The notes under the pieces were generated by a model. That model was not told where the DNA came from, did not search any database, and saw nothing but the letters and a program-made list of their open reading frames with translations. Positions 51,718 through 61,737 of a stretch of 64,000 nt of DNA are shown here, in pieces. Within the stretch, counting starts at the first letter, position 1. Each line of letters opens with the position of its first letter. A program made the translations under genes and the position numbers. The DNA is from Evtepia sp. (GTDB lineage: Bacteria > Bacillota > Clostridia > Lachnospirales > Lachnospiraceae): assembly GCA_963597265.1 (NCBI GenBank), contig CAVBPJ010000005.1, positions 582-64,581 of the forward strand. The letters are read 5' to 3'.

Positions 51718-51795
51718 AAATATATATTCCTCATTCCAATGCTTACTCGTTGAATGTTGTGAATAATCTAATTGTCGTATTTTACAACTCATTAA

Positions 51796-51824
51796 AGTTT
51801 AGCACAGCCTAAGTTCATTGTAAA
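51796..51824 (-). promoter_or_regulatory. Sigma-A promoter (extended -10) of the TPR/AAA gene
   Basis: TTTACA, 17 nt ending TGC, TAAACT. Confidence 0.6.
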
Positions 51825-51852
51825 CCGAGTTCACAGAAATGTTACAAATATG

Positions 51853-54800
51853 TTACAAAAAATCAAATGTAGCCTGTTCATAATCCATTCTTGTATATTC
51901 TAATTCTGATTCCTTCGTGCTGCTGTAATAATCAACAACTACAGTCTGCTGTCTTGAATCAACAAGTTTCTGTCCGAGTATATAATTAACATCGAATCTT
52001 CCCGTAATTGCAGGAGTTGCTCCTCTTGCCGGAACGACAAGCTGGACATGGTTAGTAGCAAGCAGCTTGAATATTGGCTCCCATATGTATATATCCTTAG
52101 CCGCACCAAATGGGTTATCTATGAATATTGTCTTGCCTTCAACGCCTTCATTACCTGAAGAATTCATATTAGATATGTAGTTGATAATCGCAATAAGGAA
52201 CTGGATATATATACCCTGTGACTGTCCTGTTGAACCGACCGCTTCTTCGTATCTTAAGTAACGGCTCTGATCCTTGATTCTCTCTCTCTTATACAGATTA
52301 ATTCTGATTGAATTCATATCTGTGACAATAACTGAGAAAAGTCTCTTCCATGAAAGTCTGTTTCTTATATACTTAAGTCTTTCTGCCGGCTCTTTAAAAC
52401 TTTCCGCCATGAATACAGTCTCATCAATATATTCAGACATCTTTTCCTTATATAATTCTTCCTTTATATAAGGAATCTGTAAACTGATAATTGCAATCTG
52501 TTCACCGTCAAGATTGATGTTAGACAACTGTGGCAGACGGTCAAGCTCTGTCTTAATATTACTGCATGTCTGGATACAACGGTTCTCGAAGTTATCCTTA
52601 ATCATCTGCATATCCTCTATGCCCTTGGCAACACGGTCTTTTTCCAGCTGTATAAATGTGTTCGTCTCATTTAACGATTCAATCATACTTCTGGTCTTAG
52701 CCACATTTTCAGGAACATTAAGTGATATTCTTACTTCATCTGCAAGTTCAACTGCATTAAATCCATTAAGCAGGTCAATAAGTTTAGCTTTATTCTTGTT
52801 AAATTCATCAACCTTCTTGTACTCTAATCTGTTGATTGAAGCATATTCTTTATGTACATCCTCATATTCAGTAAGGTTAGCTGTAATTCCTTGTGCATCC
52901 TCAGGACGGAATTCTTCCGGAACATGCATGCCCGCATCAGACACGATTCTTTCAAGGTCTTTTCTGCATACAAGTATGTCTTTCAATGAATCAGACATCT
53001 GTCTGCGTGTCTTTTCCTGAACCTTAGTATTATCCTCTAACTTCTTAATAAGCGCCTTGTGCTGTGTAATGAATCCATCAGGGTCATCACATGGGAACTC
53101 GTTAAAGCTTCCATAATTATTCTCAATCTGGTTAATACCATGTGCAATACTTCCCTCAAGTCTGTTAAGAAGTGCTTCCTGCGACTCAAGCTCTTCCCTT
53201 ACAGAATCACTGCCCTTAACAAGATTATTAAGAGCGTCCTTGGCAGTTCTTAACTGCTGTGAACCTGCCGCCATAATCTCACCGGCTTCATACTTTGCCT
53301 TAATATCGTCAAATGTATAGCCTCTGTACTCTATTGCATCACGACATTTGTTCATAGATGCAGACAGATGATTCATCAGCGCCTGCTTATCTGCAAAGTC
53401 ACTGTTCTTCTGTGAAAGTGCTGTCTTTAATCCGGTGAATCTGCTTTCGATTTCATCCTTATCAAGGCGGTATGTATCGTCATCGATTTCTATTGAAACA
53501 TTTTCATCATAGTAAGGTGCGTACTGCTCCTCCCATGACTTAATGATTTCATCATATGCCTTTCTTGTACTGTCCTCGAAATCCCTTGCAGTCTCATACT
53601 CAGAATTAGCAGAAGCTGCTGCCTCCTCGCACTCATATATGCGGTTTCTTGCACTGTCCACATCAGCCTTCAGACTCTTTAAACGCTCATACTTCTTATC
53701 TATAGAAGAATTCATCTCAATAATCCGTGAAAGAAGTCTGCATGAATTTTCCTTTTCTTCAATGTCAGCCCTTGTCTGTGAAAGCTGTGCGGCAAGCTGC
53801 TCTTTTACCTCATTTAATGTACTTCTCTTCTTTTCTGCGTCAATAATTGCAGCCTCACCGTCAGCAATCTTTAATCTGATTGCTTCTGCCTCGGACTCAT
53901 CAGATTTTCCAGACGCAGCATTATATACAAGTGCAAATGTATAATCACTCCACACAAGTTCCATTCTGTCTGACAGCTTTCCTGCCTGTGCCTTGTGCGA
54001 CTCAAGTTCCTCCTGTGCAAGCTTAATCTGTGTCTCAAGCTTTGTCTCATCACGAAGGAATGACATATCCTTTAATGCGAATACAATCAGGTCTTTGTTA
54101 ATCTCTAACTTAGTGTCGATAAGCACCTGCTCGCTTATAACAGGATAGGCTGCGGCACCTTTTCCGAAATCCTTAAGCATCTCATCAGCTTTAATTCTCT
54201 CGAAATCGTTCTTTATTATAAATGCATACTCAACGAAAGGTGTTCTCTTTAATACATCACGCTTCTGTCCTGCATTCAGATTAGCAAACCACTCATGGCC
54301 TTCAACAACATCTGAACCATACTGGCTCTCAAGGTATTCCTTAAGTCTGTCTCTTTCAGGACTCTTGCAGATGTATGTTCCCTTTCTTGCATTATCAATA
54401 AATCTCTCAAGTTCTTCTGCTGCCTTACACTCTTCTGTATATTCACTGCGCATCTTCTGGTAAGTCTCAAGAATAACTGAAAGCATTGCCTCGTCATTAT
54501 CTGCACTATATATTTCACGGATTTTACCCATGCGCTCTGTATCAGCATTTCCAGCTTCACCAGCCTTTTCAAGCTTATCTGACTGCTCTGTAAATATATC
54601 AATAAGCGCCTTATTGGCAGATATTGTCTCATTAAGTGACATTAACTGCTGCTGCACATCATTGAATTTTTCGGACATTCTTGTCTCTTCATTTTTTAAC
54701 AGTTCTTTGTCCCTGAATAACTTATCATATTCTTCAGACGCATTTTCACATACAACAGTTCCAGCCTCTGATAAAGATACTCCAAGCTGTGTCTGTAACT

Positions 54801-56286
54801 CCTGTATCTCGTTCTCAAGATTATCTGAAAGACTGCCAAGACCTGCTGCCTCTTTATCAGCATTTCTAAGATTATCCTTTGCCTCTGATAATCTGACTTC
54901 AAGAGCCTTAACGCGGTTAGATGCTATATCAAGCTTTTCTTTAAGTCTCTTAGTCTCTGTCTCATAGAACTTTCTATAACCTGCTGCAAGTATCTTTAAC
55001 TCTGCTGTTATATCCGTATCTTCTCTTAATCTGTTATCTATAGCAATCTGAAGCCCTTTATAAGACTTCTCATATTCTGCATAGTCTTTATAATCGCCCG
55101 CAGATTCCATCAAAGAAAGCTTTCCTCTTGCATCTGCAATTGCGGCGTTCTTAAGTTCAAGAGATTTTCTTGTCTCATTGACAAGGCTCTCTACTCCTGC
55201 CATTGAATTCTTTTCAGACATAACCTCAGCAACTGCAATTGCTTCTTTCTCGTGTGCCAGCTCATCATGCATCTTATTGATGAGGTCATCCTGACTCTTA
55301 AGTTCCTTATCCTTCTTATCACTTTCGCTCATGGCAACAAGAAGCAGGTCATAAAGCTGCTTCTCGATTTCTTCTTTTCTATTGTAAAATGCTTCATATG
55401 TCGACAGATATTCTTTAAAACTGTCGATAGCTGCAATCTGGCTGTCATATGCTCCAAGCTGTGAATGTTTCTTGGAAAGCTCCACCAGCTTGTCCTTAAT
55501 ATCCATAAGAGTCTGTGCCATCATACCCTCGTCATTATCAACTGACAGCTTGTTATTGAAAGACTTCTGGATAATCTCCTCTATAAGAAGATCCTCTACA
55601 ACCTTACGGCTTGTCTTATAATTAGACTCGAAATATGTTCTTACATGTCCCTCTGTCTTATTAATTCCACGGACAATTTCCCATGCACTCTCATATATTC
55701 CATAATTGCTTATGAAACTCTGGTAATCACCTTTTCTGTCAAATATCTTAACAACATATTTGTATTCGCTCTTCTCAAGGTCACGAAGATAAGCCTTAAG
55801 TCCGTTATATGTAATTCTCTCTCCATTGCTTACAAGTGGAAGATTCTTAATATCGTTATCGCCAAACTCTCTGTAGAATATGCAGTAATTAAAGTATTCT
55901 ACGCTTGCTGTCGGTGCAGATGTCTGCTCCTGTCCATCCTGATTCTCATCATCTGTGCCTCTTCCTTTTCTTGCACAGAAACCAGTTGTCATGAATCTGA
56001 AGCCATCCTTCTGATAGCATGGGTCTAACTTCCACTCTACTAATGAATGAATACATGTGTTACCGCTTCCCTGTCTGAAAAGCTTCTCAATTGGCTGCTT
56101 GTCATCAAGCGTACAGTTAGGGAGCATATTCTGCATAAGAAGCAGCATAAGCAGACTCTTACCACCACCATTAGCAAGGTCGTATATAGTATTCTGGCAG
56201 TTGAAGCGCATCACGAAATCGTCGTACACCTGTGTACCGAAATTATATTTAACATTATTAACTCTGATTCTGTTAATCTGTGGCAT
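51853..56286 (-). CDS. jetC: SMC/MukB-like ATPase (JetC/MksB-like)
   Basis: About 1480 aa; Walker A LANGGGKS, long coiled coils, signature GSTGQ, Walker B/D-loop IFIDNPFG. Confidence 0.8.
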   Translation of the reverse strand: MPQINRIRVNNVKYNFGTQVYDDFVMRFNCQNTIYDLANGGGKSLLMLLLMQNMLPNCTLDDKQPIEKLFRQGSGNTCIHSLVEWKLDPCYQKDGFRFMTTGFCARKGRGTDDENQDGQEQTSAPTASVEYFNYCIFYREFGDNDIKNLPLVSNGERITYNGLKAYLRDLEKSEYKYVVKIFDRKGDYQSFISNYGIYESAWEIVRGINKTEGHVRTYFESNYKTSRKVVEDLLIEEIIQKSFNNKLSVDNDEGMMAQTLMDIKDKLVELSKKHSQLGAYDSQIAAIDSFKEYLSTYEAFYNRKEEIEKQLYDLLLVAMSESDKKDKELKSQDDLINKMHDELAHEKEAIAVAEVMSEKNSMAGVESLVNETRKSLELKNAAIADARGKLSLMESAGDYKDYAEYEKSYKGLQIAIDNRLREDTDITAELKILAAGYRKFYETETKRLKEKLDIASNRVKALEVRLSEAKDNLRNADKEAAGLGSLSDNLENEIQELQTQLGVSLSEAGTVVCENASEEYDKLFRDKELLKNEETRMSEKFNDVQQQLMSLNETISANKALIDIFTEQSDKLEKAGEAGNADTERMGKIREIYSADNDEAMLSVILETYQKMRSEYTEECKAAEELERFIDNARKGTYICKSPERDRLKEYLESQYGSDVVEGHEWFANLNAGQKRDVLKRTPFVEYAFIIKNDFERIKADEMLKDFGKGAAAYPVISEQVLIDTKLEINKDLIVFALKDMSFLRDETKLETQIKLAQEELESHKAQAGKLSDRMELVWSDYTFALVYNAASGKSDESEAEAIRLKIADGEAAIIDAEKKRSTLNEVKEQLAAQLSQTRADIEEKENSCRLLSRIIEMNSSIDKKYERLKSLKADVDSARNRIYECEEAAASANSEYETARDFEDSTRKAYDEIIKSWEEQYAPYYDENVSIEIDDDTYRLDKDEIESRFTGLKTALSQKNSDFADKQALMNHLSASMNKCRDAIEYRGYTFDDIKAKYEAGEIMAAGSQQLRTAKDALNNLVKGSDSVREELESQEALLNRLEGSIAHGINQIENNYGSFNEFPCDDPDGFITQHKALIKKLEDNTKVQEKTRRQMSDSLKDILVCRKDLERIVSDAGMHVPEEFRPEDAQGITANLTEYEDVHKEYASINRLEYKKVDEFNKNKAKLIDLLNGFNAVELADEVRISLNVPENVAKTRSMIESLNETNTFIQLEKDRVAKGIEDMQMIKDNFENRCIQTCSNIKTELDRLPQLSNINLDGEQIAIISLQIPYIKEELYKEKMSEYIDETVFMAESFKEPAERLKYIRNRLSWKRLFSVIVTDMNSIRINLYKRERIKDQSRYLRYEEAVGSTGQSQGIYIQFLIAIINYISNMNSSGNEGVEGKTIFIDNPFGAAKDIYIWEPIFKLLATNHVQLVVPARGATPAITGRFDVNYILGQKLVDSRQQTVVVDYYSSTKESELEYTRMDYEQATFDFL

Positions 56287-56989
56287 CGCGTCCTCCATTC
56301 ATAAGTTCGGCAAATCGTCCTCTGTAATCATCAAAATAATTCTCTATAAGACTTCTGAATCTGTCTGTCGGATAATATCTGTCCTGACTCTCAACCAGGA
56401 GTTCCTGTGCAACACAGAAATTAAGCACAAGCTTTACCATACCCGACTTGGAATTTCTTGCTGCTCTCGCTCCAGTCTGATCCTCTACTGTTGTCACCGG
56501 CAGCTCGTCCCATGTAAGTGCTATCTGCTTGAAGCTGTTTTCCTCAACCTCATCAAGCACAAGCCCCGCACTCTTATCGACAATACCGCCTGTTGTCTTA
56601 TCGACATTTTTAATGATATCCTCAAGCCTTATGAACTCAGCATAAGTTGAACTCATTGTATCTGAATAAAACTCTGTTATTATGTTGTAGATTATGAAAT
56701 ACGCAAGATATAACTCTTTGTTAACCCTTAAACCCAGTACATTTCTTAATTCCTCGTTGGAATATCCGAACACCTTGTTATTATCACCCGCGCTCACATA
56801 CAGACCATTGTTATATTCATATATGTTAAGATTAAGTTTCTTCAATGACATATGAACGATGTCATACACTTCTGCATTATTATTGTATTCCTGATAAAGA
56901 GCTGCATTCTCGCCCCTCTCAGACACATTTTCCCCTGTGATAAGCTTGGAAACTATGTCCAGTGCCTTATCTAGATTTCTATTCTCCAT
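56273..56989 (-). CDS. jetB: DUF6063-like KITE subunit (JetB/MksE-like)
   Basis: About 238 aa between kleisin-sized and SMC genes; FGYSNEEL, LYLAYFII, YYPTDRF; overlaps both neighbours. Confidence 0.65.
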   Translation of the reverse strand: MENRNLDKALDIVSKLITGENVSERGENAALYQEYNNNAEVYDIVHMSLKKLNLNIYEYNNGLYVSAGDNNKVFGYSNEELRNVLGLRVNKELYLAYFIIYNIITEFYSDTMSSTYAEFIRLEDIIKNVDKTTGGIVDKSAGLVLDEVEENSFKQIALTWDELPVTTVEDQTGARAARNSKSGMVKLVLNFCVAQELLVESQDRYYPTDRFRSLIENYFDDYRGRFAELMNGGRDATD

Positions 56990-58520
56990 GTGCTTCCTTT
57001 CGTACCAATTCAACATCAGCCATCATACAGTTATCCGACAATATAACCTGCCCGCCAAGTCCTTTTCTTATTGCAAATGTAAAACTTTCCGTATCTTTAA
57101 AGCCTTCCTCTAAGTATGCATCAAGAAATGTATCTTCTCCCGCATCACCGCCAAGATGGTACTCATCCTTCTGGCACAGATTAACAAAGAAAGAGAAGAA
57201 GTCCGCATTTCTTAGAATCTGCTCACCATACGCCCTCTTCATTGCATCTGCAAACTGACCAAGTGTTATAATGTCCGATTTTTTCAAACATGCAACAAGA
57301 TTTTTCATAAGGAATATGTAATTATCTTTAATTCGCTTCTCTTCAATCTCATCTGCAAACTCAATGTCTTCCGGTCTTTCATTGCTTATGAGTTCTCTCT
57401 CCTCATATCTTGGAGGCTTCACCATAAGTGCATCATCAATGCTTATCAGGTCAAATGTTTTTCTTATGTTAGGCTTTAGAAGCGGACTTAACATTGTGAC
57501 TAATATATCTGCATTGTCCCTCTTAATCATATCTGAAAGTGCCGATGTGAAATCCATATGGCTTCTTAATCTGCCAAGCTTAGCGCGTCTTACTGCATCA
57601 TCGGTCATCTTCTGCATTTCTGTACAATCCTTTAACAGCTCGCTGTGCCTGTTCATTGCCTGCTTAAGCTGTGTCTCAAGACTGTATATCTCGTTCATCG
57701 TCCTGTAATAGCCTTCTCCTGTACTGCCCGACGCATTAAGCTTCTCAATAGACTTTGCAATAAGGTCACGGTTCTTCTTAAAAAGCTTTTCCTCATCATC
57801 AAACCATTTCATTCCTGTCTTGACGAATTCCTCATATGCCTCTATTCCTGCAAATACATCACCTGACAGGATTGTCAGCACTTCATTCTTCTTTAACTTA
57901 AGGCGGTTGACCTCTTCGTTGATTCTTTCAACCACCTCAACTCCGCCACGAAAGTTCTGTGAATTAATCATTTTTTCAAGAAGAAGCTGGGATACGCTTA
58001 TCCTGCTCTCATCCTTGATTTCCTTGGTATCAAGATAGAATTCAATAGCATCAGGGCTTATCGAATACCACACGGTATTGTCCCTTATTGAACTCTCGAT
58101 TATCTTCATTCTTGAGACTCTCTTTTTCCTGTCCACCGGATCAAAATACGAGAATTCAAATGGTCTGCCATCATTCTTTATCTTGTCAAATATATAATCA
58201 GCAATCTCCTTGCTGTCCTGTTCATTCAAATCAAGCCCGAAATCTCTCTTAAGTATCAGCCTTAAGAAATCGAGATATTCGGGATATGTAACATCCTTTT
58301 CCTTAAAATTATTCTCCTCTATAAAGAAACGGAGAACCGCCATAACTATATAGCCCATATCAAGAATTTCGTACTTACCGTCCTTGAAATTAGAAAATGA
58401 TGTGTCTATCAGTCTGAAGAAAGGATAATATTTCTTCAGATTAAGCATTCGTTCACGGTGATCCGATATGATATCACCTGTCATATTCTCTGCCATATTA
58501 TTCTTCATTTCTGCGCACAC
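56979..58520 (-). CDS. jetA: Kleisin-like subunit (JetA/MksF-like)
   Basis: About 510-aa helical protein, first of three overlapping genes ending in an SMC; call rests on size and position; start uncertain. Confidence 0.6.
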   Translation of the reverse strand: MCAEMKNNMAENMTGDIISDHRERMLNLKKYYPFFRLIDTSFSNFKDGKYEILDMGYIVMAVLRFFIEENNFKEKDVTYPEYLDFLRLILKRDFGLDLNEQDSKEIADYIFDKIKNDGRPFEFSYFDPVDRKKRVSRMKIIESSIRDNTVWYSISPDAIEFYLDTKEIKDESRISVSQLLLEKMINSQNFRGGVEVVERINEEVNRLKLKKNEVLTILSGDVFAGIEAYEEFVKTGMKWFDDEEKLFKKNRDLIAKSIEKLNASGSTGEGYYRTMNEIYSLETQLKQAMNRHSELLKDCTEMQKMTDDAVRRAKLGRLRSHMDFTSALSDMIKRDNADILVTMLSPLLKPNIRKTFDLISIDDALMVKPPRYEERELISNERPEDIEFADEIEEKRIKDNYIFLMKNLVACLKKSDIITLGQFADAMKRAYGEQILRNADFFSFFVNLCQKDEYHLGGDAGEDTFLDAYLEEGFKDTESFTFAIRKGLGGQVILSDNCMMADVELVRKEAHGE

Positions 58521-58617
58521 ATTTTACACATGCTGTCTAGTGCCTGGTGCGCCAAGGTACTAAACTTACAACTCAGTTCTTAACTGTGTTCTTAAATCCC
58601 TGTTTTCAATCTCGTTC

Positions 58618-59214
58618 TTAAAGCTCCGTTCTTCCGTCTAACGCTCTTAAGAGTGTAACCTCATCGATGTATTCAAGGTCGCCGCCGACAGGTACTCCGC
58701 TTGCAATTCTTGTCACCTTAATTCCTGTTGGCTTTATCATTTTGCTTATGTACATTGCTGTTGTCTCGCCTTCAAGATTAGAATTAGTTGCGATAATAAC
58801 CTCATCAACATCTCCCTGAAGTCTTACCATAAGCTCCTTTAACTTGATATCAGCCGGTCCGATTCCAAGCATCGGGCTTATTGCTCCATGAAGGACATGA
58901 TATACGCCCTCATACTTGCCTGTCTTTTCATATGCCGCCATATCTCTTGTATGTTCAACAACCATAATTGTCTTATGGTCTCTTTTCTGGTCACGGCATA
59001 TCGGACACAGTTCTTCATCTGTAAGTGTAAAACACTCCTTACAGTAGTGAATATGCTGCTTTGCATCAATCATTGTATCTGCAAGGCTTTTAACCTCAGA
59101 CTCAGGCATGTTTATAATGTGAAATGCCAGGCGCTGGGCGCTCTTCGCCCCAACCCCTGGTAATCTCGACAATTCTTCAATTAATCTGTTAATATGACCA
59201 CTGTAGATGTCCAT
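58618..59214 (-). CDS. recR: Recombination mediator RecR
   Basis: [14 protein letters not shown]4 zinc finger, [19 protein letters not shown]. Confidence 0.97.
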   Translation of the reverse strand: MDIYSGHINRLIEELSRLPGVGAKSAQRLAFHIINMPESEVKSLADTMIDAKQHIHYCKECFTLTDEELCPICRDQKRDHKTIMVVEHTRDMAAYEKTGKYEGVYHVLHGAISPMLGIGPADIKLKELMVRLQGDVDEVIIATNSNLEGETTAMYISKMIKPTGIKVTRIASGVPVGGDLEYIDEVTLLRALDGRTEL

Positions 59215-59564
59215 TAGAATAAGCCTCCGCCTAATCCTCCAAGTCCTCCAGTAATCTTAGCCATCTGTGCCTGTGACTCTTCTTCACATTTTCTTAATGC
59301 TTCATTAGTAGCTGCTACGATTAAGTCCTCAAGCATCTCTACATCATCTGGATCAACTGCTTCAGGGTCAATCTTAACCTTAGAAACTTCTCTCTTACCT
59401 GTAACAGTTACCTCAACTACTCCGCCGCCTGCTGTAGCGCTGAATTCCTTATTCTCAAGCTCTGCCTGCTGCTCCTCCATCTGACGCTGCATTCTCTGTG
59501 CCTGCTTCATCAGATTATTCATATTACCAGGCATTCCTCCTGGAAAACCACCTCTTTTAGCCAT
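59214..59564 (-). CDS. ybaB: YbaB/EbfC nucleoid-associated protein
   Basis: [26 protein letters not shown]; lies between dnaX and recR. Confidence 0.95.
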   Translation of the reverse strand: MAKRGGFPGGMPGNMNNLMKQAQRMQRQMEEQQAELENKEFSATAGGGVVEVTVTGKREVSKVKIDPEAVDPDDVEMLEDLIVAATNEALRKCEEESQAQMAKITGGLGGLGGGLF

Positions 59565-61186
59565 TATATAAGTTCCTCCTTATCATCTACTTCTATATCT
59601 ATGCCTACGAGTTCCTTAAGATCCACGAATCTGCTGTGGAAATCTTCATCATCGTTAAGCTTAGTCACTTTAATTGAAACCCTTACTCCTGTTCTCTCCT
59701 CAATGACATTCTCTATGCTTTCCATAACTTCCTGTCTGCTGAGTGAATTATAGGCACTAAGTGATTCTACCATAATTTCAAGACTAATTCCATCTTCTGC
59801 TAATGTAACATGTGCAGCCTGTAAAAATGTCTGATTAACCGGGTCATCTATCGTTGCAACGATATCTTTCCATCCTGCCGCAATTGCCTTAACATCTTCC
59901 GGAACTGCGTCATACACACGCTTAACTACAGGCTTCTTCGGTGCCTGCTGCACTGCCACTGTCTGACCCTGTGCAGCCCCCGCACTTACAAGTTTACCGC
60001 TCTTTATGTCATCAAGAACTTTCTGTAACTGTCCTTCAAGCATTGTCACACGGCTTACAACATCGCCGATATCCTGACTGTTATCCATAGCCGGACGCAT
60101 CAGCTTTATAAATGTTATCTCTGTCTTAACTCTCTTCTGTGTAGAGAACTTCAGATCATTCGATAACTCTGACAACACTCTTATATAGTACATAAGTGTA
60201 TCTATATCAACGTTCTGTGCATCTTTCTTAAGATCTTCAAGATTATCTGCAGATACTTCTATTACATCTTCAATTCTTTCAGTATCTTTGGTTGTCTTAA
60301 TAAGAAGAAGATTTCTCAGATACCATATGAAGTCTGTAACAAACTGTGACAAATCTCTTCCCTGCATTATCAAATCTTCCATCAGCGACATACACACAGC
60401 AACATCTCCTGACAGGATTGTTGAAAGCATTTTACTGAATACCGCTGTGTCAACTGCCCCAAGAACATCTAATACATTTTCATACTTAAGGTCTTTTCCC
60501 AGATAGAACGCCAGACACTGGTCTAACAGGCTTAACGCATCTCGCATAGAACCATCTGCAGCTTTGGCAACATATTTTATTGCTTTATCCTCTGCATTCA
60601 GCCCTTCTGCCTTCATAAGTTCTGACAGTCTGCCGGCAATTGTCTCTATTGTTATCCTGTGGAAGTCATATCTCTGACATCTTGAAAGGATTGTGATAGG
60701 AATCTTCGCCACCTCTGTAGTCGCCAGTATAAATATTACATATGCCGGAGGTTCTTCAAGCGTCTTTAACAGTGCATTGAACGCTCCTATAGAAAGCATA
60801 TGAACCTCATCGATTATATAGACTTTGAATCTGCCTTCTGTCGGTGAATACTGTACTTCTTCTCTTATCTGTCTTATATTATCGACACCGTTGTTAGATG
60901 CCGCATCTATCTCTATTACATTCATGCTTGTTCCAGCCGCAATCGCTTTACATGTCGGACACTCTCCACAAGGATTGCCATCAACCGGATGCTCACAATT
61001 AACCGCTTTCGCAAATATCTTCGCAACTGATGTCTTACCAGTTCCCCTCGTTCCGCAGAACAGATATGCATGACCTATTCTGTCTGCATTAATCTGATTT
61101 CGCAGAGTTGTTACTATTGTATCCTGTCCTTTGACATCATTAAAATTGTCTGGACGCCATTTTCTATATAAAGCCTGATATGACAT
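59564..61186 (-). CDS. dnaX: DNA polymerase III subunit gamma/tau
   Basis: [46 protein letters not shown]. Confidence 0.97.
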   Translation of the reverse strand: MSYQALYRKWRPDNFNDVKGQDTIVTTLRNQINADRIGHAYLFCGTRGTGKTSVAKIFAKAVNCEHPVDGNPCGECPTCKAIAAGTSMNVIEIDAASNNGVDNIRQIREEVQYSPTEGRFKVYIIDEVHMLSIGAFNALLKTLEEPPAYVIFILATTEVAKIPITILSRCQRYDFHRITIETIAGRLSELMKAEGLNAEDKAIKYVAKAADGSMRDALSLLDQCLAFYLGKDLKYENVLDVLGAVDTAVFSKMLSTILSGDVAVCMSLMEDLIMQGRDLSQFVTDFIWYLRNLLLIKTTKDTERIEDVIEVSADNLEDLKKDAQNVDIDTLMYYIRVLSELSNDLKFSTQKRVKTEITFIKLMRPAMDNSQDIGDVVSRVTMLEGQLQKVLDDIKSGKLVSAGAAQGQTVAVQQAPKKPVVKRVYDAVPEDVKAIAAGWKDIVATIDDPVNQTFLQAAHVTLAEDGISLEIMVESLSAYNSLSRQEVMESIENVIEERTGVRVSIKVTKLNDDEDFHSRFVDLKELVGIDIEVDDKEELI

Positions 61187-61208
61187 GGTTACCTCCCTCT
61201 GCGCTTCT

Positions 61209-61395
61209 GCTTGACTTATTGCTTACTTTCTTTTTCGTAAGCCAAGTCTTTCCGTGGCTTCGCCACTCCCAAGCCTTGGTAATTCACAACTCCCAGGCTT
61301 CCGCCCTTTCGTTGTTCATTACGGGCATTCGTCAAATAAACAAGAATTCAAGCAAGCTTGATTCTTGTTTGCTTGACTCATTGCTTACGAAAAAA
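61209..61395 (-). other. Multi-hairpin intergenic element between the SRP RNA and dnaX
   Basis: Four hairpins, a direct repeat GCTTGACTYATTGCTTAC, and a long-range inverted repeat TTTTTCGTAAGC/GCTTACGAAAAA. Confidence 0.6.
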
Positions 61396-61660
61396 ACCGT
61401 GCGTCCGGCTTCGAACTGATATCCACAGACGTTACCGATGCAGTTAGCTCGATCCAGGCACCCTTTCAACACCCGGAAGGTTCCACTTAATGCTGCTTCA
61501 TTCCTGACCTGACATGGTTCGTGGATTTCCGTCGTGAAAGACCCAAATGTCAACACCACTTACACCGGGCTGCTCCATAAATATCAGCCCTCTGCCGAAC
61601 ATCACCCCTGCTATAGCGGATTGCAGGTTCAAGGTGCCGCTACTACCCCGGCTGCACGGT
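61396..61660 (-). ncRNA. ffs: Large (Bacillus-type) signal recognition particle RNA
   Basis: About 265 nt; ends pair (ACCGTGC...GCACGGT); helix 8 TCAGGTCA-GGAA-TGAAGCAGCA; canonical position upstream of dnaX; T-run after the 3' end. Confidence 0.93.
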
Positions 61661-61666
61661 ATTTCA

Positions 61667-61696
61667 ATTATACTTGTTATATATGCTTGTTGTCAA
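61667..61696 (-). promoter_or_regulatory. Sigma-A promoter of the SRP RNA
   Basis: TTGACA, 18 nt, TATAAT, ending 6 nt before the RNA 5' end. Confidence 0.85.
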
Positions 61697-61737
61697 GGTG
61701 TGAACCGTTGACAAAATAAGACAGCCTCACAGAACTT

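Noticed and set aside
48994..51792. Downstream gene as the JetD nuclease, and the ORF-track start at 51792
   Set aside because: No Toprim-like motifs seen; it has its own promoter whose TSS falls at about 51789, so ATG 51717 is the better start.
305..60506. Numerous plus-strand ORFs antisense to long genes (e.g. 305-769, 29460-30161, 46976-47626, 49295-50188)
   Set aside because: Shadow frames of well-supported minus-strand genes; Ser/Ile/Leu-rich with no motifs.
61180..61719. Short ORFs 61180-61419, 61332-61559 and 61534-61719
   Set aside because: They overlap the SRP RNA and the hairpin element; no RBS or protein-like motifs.
61708..61736. Plus-strand promoter driving the repeat array
   Set aside because: TTGACA is present at 61708 but no acceptable -10 follows at 16-18 nt.
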